DNA of 62,622 nucleotides, filler included, from Bipalium vagum (lineage: Eukaryota), in NCBI GenBank assembly GCA_037834085.1. It is 3 parts of 3 records of this genome, joined end to end, with 100 filler letters (N's around TTAATTAATTAA, not from the genome) between each part and the next. Parts side by side here need not be neighbours in the genome. Positions count along the whole stretch, not along the records: positions 46,461 to 62,622 come from JBBMKC010124432.1; 2 more parts are not named here. One strand, 5' to 3'. The position numbers were made by a program, and so were the translations under genes. The notes below the pieces were generated by a model. The model was given only the letters and a program-made list of their open reading frames with translations, was not told the origin of the DNA and did no database searches. Positions 52,749 through 62,622 of this stretch are shown here, one piece after another. Within the stretch, counting starts at the first letter, position 1. Every line of letters starts with the position of its first letter.

Positions 52749-52902
52749 NNNNNNNNNNNNNNNNNNNNNNNNNNNNNNNNNNNNNNNNNNNNNNNNNNNN
52801 NNNNNNNNNNNNNNNNNNNNNNNNNNNNNNNNNNNNNNNNNNNNNNNNNNNNNNNNNNNNNNNNNNNNNNNNNNNNNNNNNNNNNNNNNNNNNNNNNNNN
52901 NN
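52749..52902. other. Assembly gap
   Basis: N run. Confidence 0.95.
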
Positions 52903-54229
52903 TTTAATAATAAATCAACAAGTGATTTGTTTTTATGAGATCTGAAGGTTTTACACATTGTTCAGTGTTAAGGGATTAAATTTTAATGTTTAATACAGAA
53001 CTTTTATTATTTTTCGGCATTTAAAAGTTTTTTAATTGAAAATATAAAATTTTTGCTGTTTTCAGCTGCACATTTTATGAAGATAAAAAATTCACAAAGT
53101 ATGTCTTGAGGAGACAATAAAATACTTCGATTTTCCCTTGCAGTGAGGATCGGTGTTTCGTGTGCTGATCAGCGTGATCCGGATTGGTGACATTCACAAC
53201 CATTTCCTACACGCAGCTTTATTTTATATTTTAGATGGCCTGTTTTGTCGTCTTGAAAGAGGGTGTCTCCAAATAGGGTCGTTACGTAACACCCATAACC
53301 TGACTGTCTTTACTGACTGTCTTTCAATCGTACCGTGAACTTGATAGAACTTATAAGAATTTATAATTTATAAGAATAACAACGATTCAGCCACCCATGG
53401 TCGTATTACAGATGAATACGTAATAAAGAATCAATAGCTTAAAGAATCACATTCATAATATTATAAAAGTATATATATAATGTATAATAATAATACAAAT
53501 ACTTTTATCCTTACAATAATAAAATCTCAACGAGATGATAAACTTTACCGAGATTTTCTTTTATCATCTCAGCTCACTAACTCTATTGTTTTTTTCGTGA
53601 ATTTGACAAATGGAACGAGAATCTTCCCTTAGGATTTTAACTATCTTTTTAAAACAGATCAATTTAAACATACAGTTTCAGAAGGAGTAGCGCGCACTTT
53701 GAATAGCAATAATTTTAAAACAATTTTGTTTTTTTGGGAAACAAAGAAAAAATGTACAAGCATATTCCTAAACTATACGTGATAAGCACCGTTCTTATAA
53801 ATCCCGCTTATTTTCTTTGTCCAAGAGTTAAATAATCATTTTCCATATTTTGACTTACTTTCCTGTATATCTAAATCAATTGTTTTTGAAGATCATCCGT
53901 TTCTTATCGCGTTCTCTAAGTTGTCTTTTACTCAAGGTCTGAAAAATTTCGACAAGAAGCGCCTGACGTAAGTCAACAGGATTTCCTTTTCCTTTTCTTT
54001 TTAAAGGTACATATTTGATATTAATTCTTTCTACAGTAATTTAGCGACTATAAGACCGTCGTATGTATAAGGTGAGTTTTTATTTTGCAAAACCCATGGG
54101 TTTTAGTTATCAAATCCATATACATAAGACGGTACTCATATATAAAGCAACATTCAATATTTTTGTTTTATTATAAATTTATTTTAGATTAGTAATTAAT
54201 ATTTTATTAGGAATTTTAAAAATTCCACA

Positions 54230-55030
54230 AGTACGAAGATCATATTCTGCAGAAACAATTGGCATTATTTCGATTACATACTAAAAATCACTATATTCTC
54301 AGATGATAAACGATTCACACTTGATGGACCTGATTGTTAGATGACGTATGTTTCAAAAACATCCAGATATGTACGCAATATTCGGCAATGTCATGGAGGT
54401 GGAATTATGGTCTGGCTAATGATTCTTCCAAACGGACTTCTGTCTTTTCATATGATAACTGGTAAGTTTAAGTCTGCCGATTATATAACCCTATTGAAGA
54501 ACTTTGTTGTGCCTATAATGAAAGTTAATATAAAAACTAACTTTCACTTCCAACAAGACAATTTTACAGTCCATAAAGCAAAGTTTGTTCAAGATTACCT
54601 AAAATAAAATAATATAGCAACACTAACATGGTCATCACGAAGTCCAGACCTGAACATAGTTGAGGATGTCTAGAAAATGATATCAGATATAGTTTATGAA
54701 GGACCCCAGTTTTTAAATGCATCCCATTTAGAAAAAAAGATTATAGATGTTATAAATCTTATCACCAGACGAAATAAAATTTTTGATTTATATTTATCAA
54801 TAAGATTGAGACTATGTAAAGTATTAAATAATAAAGACAATTTGTACAATAAAATTCTTGTGTATAAATATAGTGTGCCAAAAATTGTGTCGTTTTTTAT
54901 ATTTAAAAAAATAGTAAACATTTAAATATTATTTAAACAAAAATTAATATATATCTAAGTAGTGATAATTAATATAAGTACTACTATATTAAATGTAATT
55001 ATACAAATTTTATTTCTAACTGTGCCAAAA
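54230..55030 (+). mobile_element. Tc1-family transposase relic, 3' half
   Basis: IFSDDKRFTLDGPD, GGGIMVW, FQQDNFTVH and WSSRSPDLNIVEDV*. Confidence 0.85.
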
Positions 55031-57039
55031 AATTTTCTAAAAATTTCAATTGAGGAAAATTAGGTGACATGGTACTAATCAAAAATCAGTAGTTGTTCCT
55101 AAAAAATTAATTTTAAAATTTACTTAATTAATTTGAATTAATAATGAGATTGAGGTGAAACATACCACCCAAGAACCAATAATTTGTTCAGGATGGCCAA
55201 GAACTGTTATTGTCGTGTTGGTAGACATCACCATTCCTGTTTGCCAATGTTGGACTCTTTGTTCGCCTTTGTTAATTACAACCGATACTTAATTTTGGAT
55301 GAATATTAATTTCTACTGCAATAAATGAATTGCAATAAGTTCATTCCAACATATTTGCTTTTAAAATGAGTTCATGTTTTTAAAAGATCTAAAATTAAAG
55401 TTTAACATACAATCTATTAATGGTTTTTGTTATTATACCATCGTTTATCACTATTAGTATGATATAAGCAATGAACTAGCGACTTCAATTGATTATATCT
55501 TCAATTATTGAATTGAACAGTCTTGTTGTAAAATACTGTATCCGTAATTTTACTTGAAAAAGGATAACTGTATATAAGAGACCAGTAACATCTTTTATAT
55601 AACTTTATCTATTAATAATGTTTTTAATTTAAATATAAACAAATCCAATTAATTTGTATAAATTTAAGTTAACATGAATTAAGTAAAACATTATATATTT
55701 GATTTGGAAGTTTAATTTAATTTAATTGGAAATTTATATTCTTTAATTAAAAATCCTATATCAGTTATTAATAATATAAATTAAAATTATTTTTCAATTA
55801 GTCATAAATTTCATTTAATTCTTGTTTAGTAATTTAATAAAAAGAATATGTTTTATCGAAATTTTAAATTAATTTAATGAACTTTTAATTAATTATAAAA
55901 TATATTTTTCTAAAATCTTAACTCAATTTAAATGTTATTTGTTTAAATAATTCTCATCTTTTCTAAGATAACGAGTGTAAATGTTATTTGTTATATTGTC
56001 ATGTGATAATGGTTGCCATGTTTTTTGGTAAATGATAAATTTGTCAATGACTGAATCAGTCAGTGTGATTAATCATTGGTCGACATTGTTATCAGTTGAT
56101 TTCAGAATTGATCAACAAAAAGATTGCTATGGATTTATTTTGCATACCAAATAGCTCTTTGACATGCAGATAACGTTATTTGTGCTTGTCATTTCATTGT
56201 ATTAAACTGAAAATTCAGTGAATGTTACTTTTTTCAATCTTTATTGAATTCTACACCAATCCAATGACCTCGACACTATTTAAATTTAGCTGAAATGAAA
56301 ATCGATTTCTTATCTATTCTGTAATCATTGCTTTACGGTGTTTTCAACAAAGATTTCATTTTGATGATGTCTATTTTTTATATCATTTCCATCCGAAAAC
56401 CGATTTCAGGTGAGTATCAGAAATTTTATTATTGATTGTTAAATGAATTTATTTAAATTTTCATTATTGTTTTTATTCAGTTTAATGTTTTAAAATATTT
56501 TAGTTATCAATTATTTCAATTGATTATTTTTATCGAGTTTTTTTTGTTATCAATGATTAATATGTATTATTTTTTATAAATTATTAAAATTTATTATTAC
56601 TGATTATTTTGTTATTTATTAATATTGATTTTTCATATTTATTATTAATATTCATTATTTTTGTCATTCTTGTTACTACTTAAACTTTAAGTTATAGTGA
56701 ACGTTCAAATCAGACTCATTTTTTGGTGTCACAAAAATCAGTTCGACCAAAGAAAAAATTTTGTGATATAAAAACAATACTGTTATCGGAGACATTCCAA
56801 TCAGATACTAAATAGAATCTAAAATAACAAAATCGATAATCAGATTGCTGAACGACACAAAAATAAGAACAAAATTAATTAATTTTTAAATCGACACATT
56901 TCCATTAATTTAAGTGAGAATAATTTCTTCCTTAAGAATATTTCGAACTTCGGTAACTTGGTAATATTGTAAAAAAATATTTTCATATTTTCTCGGAACT
57001 TTCAATTATTCATTCCTCCTTTTATAGGAATTTTACATT

Positions 57040-57812
57040 ACATTTAGTATTACACCTGCCAGTCAAATGACCATACTGGGGCCTCGAGAAAAATGTTCAT
57101 TTTGTTACTATTGAAATTCCCCGAGTGGCAACTTAATATTCAAAATTAGCAACTACTCAGAAAATCCACGGCGACATTTCCAGAAAAACTCTTAATGAGT
57201 TTAATTATTTTTATTAATTTATTCACATTCTCTATTTTTCTTGATCCTCTTGTGGTTTCTTACATTCTTCAACACCTTTGGGTGAACCCAACATTATTCA
57301 CATTGATAATAATATTTCCTATCGATCATTACTAATGATTATTTTTGTATTAGGTTGCTATTGATTTTTAAAATTATCGATTATCCTAAACTCTTATAAT
57401 CCGAGGTTCATCTTTAGTAAAGTGGTGAATTTATTGGAAACTCACACAATGATGTATGCATGAGTTCATCTTATCTACGTAAAAATTGGCACCAACATTT
57501 GTTAGTTTTGAATCAATGTATGTTCAATTCTTTTGCCAATTGTATTGCTTCGAAGCGAATATCATTTATCTAAACTTTTCTATATTTCTTCAGCCAATAA
57601 TCCATGTTTTCAGTTTTGACCACAATTCTAACCAATACATTTTTCTGGATCGGCAGCACTGCTTGTTTTGATTCATGACCTGTAAAACAGACTTCTTTTT
57701 TCCATCGCCGAAAGTTTGATTCGTCTGTTTCAAACTCCTTAGCTGCCTCCGAATTGCCATACTTTTCGATTTTCCGTGACTTGAATAAGATTTTCGAGTT
57801 TTTTTGTATCCA
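57040..57812 (-). mobile_element. pogo (POGK-like) relic related to the 21067 element, internally deleted
   Basis: MDTKK(T)RKSYS..EKYGNSEAAKEFETDESNFRRWKKE resembles METKKTRKSYS..ENHGNRQAGRIYNVNEASIREWKK. Confidence 0.65.
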
Positions 57813-58899
57813 TTGCTTTTATGAAATTTATTGTTATTATTATAGTTATTAATCAGTTTTTTAAAGTTCTTTTGTTATTTAATTTATTCTTGATTTCATG
57901 TTTTATTCGTTTTCCTTAGTTGGACCACGCGACTACTCATTTGAAACCAATATTGTTAATTTTATTAAGAAATTTGTTTGAAATATGTGAGAAATATTGT
58001 AGTTTTGTCCAACATTTAGCTTATCAAATTTAACCTGACTCCGAATCCTACGTGTTGCAAAATATCAACAGTCAGTAAAGAAATAACTTCTATCATAGTA
58101 ACTACCACTTAAAAATACAAAAACAATTATCTACTAATAAAATAATATTTCTTCCAATTTCTCTAAATTTAGAATTCAATTTGAAAAAATAGTTGATGTC
58201 ATCCATCCATTCTGATTGTTTTTATAATTTAGGAAGTAATATCAACATTTTTAAAAATCTGGGATTTTTTGATTTTCCAATTATTAATTAAAGGTATTTC
58301 AGATTTTATGTGCGAGGTTTCACCTCTAGCAGAGCTGTTTTCTCTTGAGTTTATCCCGCAATAAAACTTTTAAGGGTAGTTCTAAATCTTCTGCAATATC
58401 TATTAAATCAAAAATTGTATTCTAGTTAATTCCATATTTACATAAAAACTAGTAATGTATTTGTTTTTACAATCTTAAATCGAGACGAAACCTTTGGTTT
58501 CATAAGCGAGTCTTTGACTTTAACACTTAGTGTGCGAAACTTGCATTTTTAAAAGAAAATTTTAAATATTTGGAATTTTCTCATTTAAGTCTTTTAATAA
58601 TGTTCAACAAATATTTCAATTGTTTCATTAGCTCTCTTTAAGATAAATTAAATTCTTCAGATACATCTCTCCAATCATAATCCATAAATCTATCATGATA
58701 AAAGCCACAAAAAGATAAGAACATCATTTTTAAATTACATATAGAGTTTGCGAAAAAATATTGTTGGGAAATTTTTAGTTAGGAAAACGGGCCTTCGGCG
58801 CTATCACCTACGGTGTGTTTACCAACGATGTTGACCCTTACTTTTTCTCGTAAGGGTCAAAAATAGTCCAGATCCTTTTTTAATAATTTTTTATTTTTA

Positions 58900-60712
58900 C
58901 AAAGCTTCTGCAAAATTCCACTCTGAAATTTTTACAAGATTCCATGCTTTTTGATCGAAGATAATGCATCAAAAATGGTAATCATTTTTGAAATTTCATA
59001 TGACAAAATTTTTATCTCAATTAAAATTACTTGATTTCGGATTACTTGTTGGCTGTAATATGCATGGAATGCTCTTATTATTATGCTATCAAGTGGTTTT
59101 ACTAGACATGTAGTGTTAACTGGTATAAAAATTATTTCTAGGTTTTTTGTAATCATATCAAAAAATTTATGGCATGTTGCGCTATCAACTAGCATAAAAT
59201 TTTTTATTTTTCTACATGTATTAAAATCTTGTAGTATAGCTGACCATATTATTCTTTTGATACAAGCTTTTGTGTTTGAGTATTATGGTATGGAACTATT
59301 TTATTCGTTAAACAACGAGGCTTCTTAGAACGACCGATTGCAAACTAATACTTTTCAGCTCCATCCATGTTTGTGATTAATAAAATTGTTTGTCGAGATT
59401 TTTGTCCGTTGTATCCAGGAATATTTGTTAAGTTCGTAAAAAGTATGAGGTTAATGGGGTTAAGAAAATCGATTGTGAGACGTTTAGATATCTCAACAAT
59501 ATATTTGAAATTAGAAGGATTTATGGATGAACTTTCTAAGCACAAAAACTGAGATTTACTATCAAAATGCAAAATATTAGCGATCAAATAAAAATTCAAA
59601 TTAACTGAGATAACACAAATGGTTTCAAAATATTTATTTGAAAATCTGATTTTTACAATTGAAATCTTATGGGATGATCAAGTAATGAAATCTTTTGGCA
59701 CAAACTTTGTTTAATGAGCAAAAGTTCTCAGCAATTTACCAGCTAGCGTCTGTAAATTGTTAAAAATAAAAAGAAGAAAATGAGAAAAAATAAAAATTTA
59801 TAATTGATTTTCTTCGAGCACTTATAAGAATTTATATAAGTCAATTGGTAAATATTGTCTGATAGTTGATAATATAATTTAAAAATAAATTAAACCGGTG
59901 TTACGAAAATTCGTAGAGTTTATAAAATGTTAATAGAAATTCCTTACTAAGTTTGAATAATGTTGTTTGTCCACAGCGTCTTTTTTGAAATTCTGTAGTG
60001 ACTCATTCTTATTTCCTTAAAAAATATTCTGGTTTCTTGTCTGTGATACTCTACATATTCCTAACGTTATATGTAAGAGTTCCATTTGTAAACTTATAAA
60101 ATAAAGGTATTGAAAATATCTTTGCTTTCGTACTTTTTAAATATTTTTGTCAATATCGATGATGTAAAGTAATCAGCAGCTAATGTATCCGCTGACTATT
60201 TCCCATGTTGTTTATCTTCCATTTGCCTAGTGACCCAGAGATAACATTAAATTCATTTTCACAGAAAAATCATTAGCCTTTTCCATTATAATAGGACCGT
60301 TCAAAATAGCATTTTCTTGAACCAAATATACATTGCTTGATCTAAATCGTCTTTTATTAATTTTCTGGACAAAGTATTTCTGTTACTTTCAGCAATGGAT
60401 CATAACTTTTGCTTTTCATTTAGCATTCTTGATAATGTGCATATATCACACTTATATTGTTTAGCAATATCCTTTCTTTTTGAACCGTTTCTCAATTTAT
60501 TTAAAATTTCGATTTTCTGTTTGTATTATATATATTATAATCTATTGAAAAATTAAACAAACTTTGAAAATTCAAAAATTGTGTATTTAAAGATGTGCAT
60601 TTAAAAGAATTGAAGATGCTTGTCAAAATAGGCAAATTATAAGTGTCAGTAAATTTGGTGTTTATAAGGTATGTGCTTATATCGAGAGTGCTTTTAAACG
60701 AACACCACTTTA
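58900..60712 (-). mobile_element. Tigger/pogo (CENP-B-like) transposon relic(s)
   Basis: KQKIEILNKLRNGSKRKDIAKQYKCDICTLSRMLNEK (psq-type HTH), LDQAMYIWF..LNGPIIMEKA, TILLITNMDGAEK and LVDSATCH..IFIPVNTTCLVKPLD. May be more than one element. Confidence 0.75.
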
Positions 60713-61539
60713 ATAAATCTAATCATCATTAACTAATAAAAATATTTCACTTTCAATGTTAAATGTTCGGTCGATCAATAATTTTGCTTTTTCAAATTAC
60801 CATATTTGGCTAAAATGTATTTAGCCTTTATTAACTGAATTAAAATAATTTCTTTTCTACAATTAGTAGTTTCTCGTGACACTTAAAATTATTAATAGGG
60901 AAAAAAGTATACACCGAGATATTTTTCATAGAAATCAATTCATTATATCGAATATAAGACAGAATATTCATAGAAAATATTATTCACAATTCTATGAAAA
61001 ATGAACTGTAATTGCAATAAATGGAAATATAAAATAGTATATTATTAGACTAATAGAAATGTAATCTATAATAATAAAATTTATTAATATCTAGTTTATT
61101 AGTATTATTGCCTTTTACAAAAACGAGTTAAAATTTATGGTTCAATGAATAAATTAAATTGGAATCATATATTATTTGTAAGATCATATATTAATAATTC
61201 AATAAAAACAACTTTATTTAAGTAGATATTGTTTAAATAATACAGAAATTCCAAATGGTCAATTTTGTTCCAAACAATCGTCATTTACTGGAAGTAATGT
61301 TACATTAGTCTTTTGCAAAGAAAACATGTGTAGAAACACACTGCTTATTGATAGAAATTACGAACAATATGCTCTTTTCTCTATGAGATGCAAATAATGG
61401 TTTTGCCGATTCAGGAATGAAAATTACGACATGGACAAAGTATATGGTAGACCACCAAGTGTGAAGATAAAGAATTAGCCCAATTACTACCCGAAGACCA
61501 ATACCAAACGCAAACTGAACTGTTCATTGTGTTAAATTT

Positions 61540-62283
61540 CAGTTAAGGATACATTTCCCATCATCTGATAAGTATGGAATGATTAGAAAATTATGGAAAT
61601 GGGTCCCATATAGACTGAGGGAAAGAGATATTGAAAGGCGACATACATTTGTGATATCCATCTTCGTAAGCAACAAACATAAGGTTTTGTGCATAAGTTT
61701 TTGACAAGAGACGAGATATGGATTCGATATGACAACACAAAACGCAAAGCATCTTGGGTGAAGCCTGGTGAAGTTCATGAACACCCAAACAGAATGGGAT
61801 AAAGTGATGCTGTGTATCTGGTGGGATCAAAAGATTTATTATGAACTGTTTAAACCATAAGAAACGATAACTTGAACGTTATCGATCCGAATTAATTCGT
61901 TTGAAGCGAGGTCAGAATGTGTGGACGGATATGATAAGATAATTTTACTACACTATAAAGTCAGACCACGTGTTCATTCTATTGTAAATAATTAGAAGGT
62001 GCAAACTGGGAAGTCTTACATCACCCGCCATATTCGCCAGATATTGATCCTTTAGTTTTCCATTTATTCCGCAAGATGTAATACGTGCTTTCTGGCAAGC
62101 GGTTCAGTTCCGATGAAGACTTTCAAAAATGGATAGAACTAAATTCGTGGAATCCATTGGTTGCCTAAAAGGTCGTCCAATTTCATGTCTATAAATGGAA
62201 AATGTTTTGATTAAATATTATTAAATAAAACTTTAAAAATGTCAAAATAATATTGTTAAGTTTTAAAAAGACCTAAAAAGATA
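61540..62283 (+). mobile_element. mariner relic
   Basis: DKRRDMD region with WIRYDN, DKVMLCIWWDQK, HYKVRPRV and WEVLHHPPYSPDIDPLVFHLFR. Confidence 0.85.
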
Positions 62284-62622
62284 ATTTATTATGAAAACTG
62301 AAAATGATTATTAATATTTAATCGGGTTAAGAATATCGATAGTGAACTTTTTAGGAACTTAACATAAAATATATAAATATTCAGAAGAATTTAGTGCGCG
62401 TACGTTCGAAGTAAAAATTTGAGTGACAATATTAGGGTGAGTCATAATAACTCGCATTTTTTACAAATTTTCGTTACATAGAAACATTATAAGTATATTA
62501 ACTTTTAAATATCTAATTAATGTTTAGTTTATATGTAGATTAATTTATTGATTGCTTAAATATTAAAAACGTTTATTTATTTTGAAATTTTAGTATAGAT
62601 ATTTACTTTAGAAATGAGCTGC

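Noticed and set aside
51574-52958. ORFs spanning N runs
   Set aside because: Artifacts of translating gaps.
54050-54060. Spliced-leader RNA gene (reverse complement gacggtcttat resembles part of the planarian SL as I recall it)
   Set aside because: Only an 11-nt match with non-matching flanks; the context looks like a pogo-type terminal repeat.
1-62622. CRISPR array, operon or prokaryotic defence system
   Set aside because: No repeat-spacer array or dense ORF cluster; genes have spliceosomal introns and animal homologs.

Overview
Very AT-rich, intron-rich animal genomic DNA, probably a triclad planarian (inferred from base composition and 18S-like motifs, not confirmed). It is not one locus: two identical 100-nt spacers (N44-TTAATTAATTAA-N44 at 22074-22173 and 46361-46460) join three apparently independent contigs. 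Segment 1 (1-22073) holds six minus-strand exons of a CAPS/CADPS (unc-31) gene, with an intact, intronless type II PKA regulatory subunit gene nested on the same strand in one intron. It ends in a pogo (POGK-like) transposon with a probable 44-nt intron. Segment 2 (22174-46360) holds four plus-strand Ig-domain exons of a Kirre/NEPH1/SYG-1-type gene, with two ~11-kb introns full of Tc1/mariner relics. Segment 3 (46461-62622) holds a decayed, internally deleted 18S rDNA copy, a complete four-exon 7TM receptor resembling cAMP-receptor/Git3-type GPCRs, and more DNA transposon relics. A tRNA-Ala-derived repeat occurs four times, and three copies share upstream flank. No prokaryotic system or CRISPR array is seen. 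Family calls rest on motifs recognised by eye; transposon boundaries are approximate.
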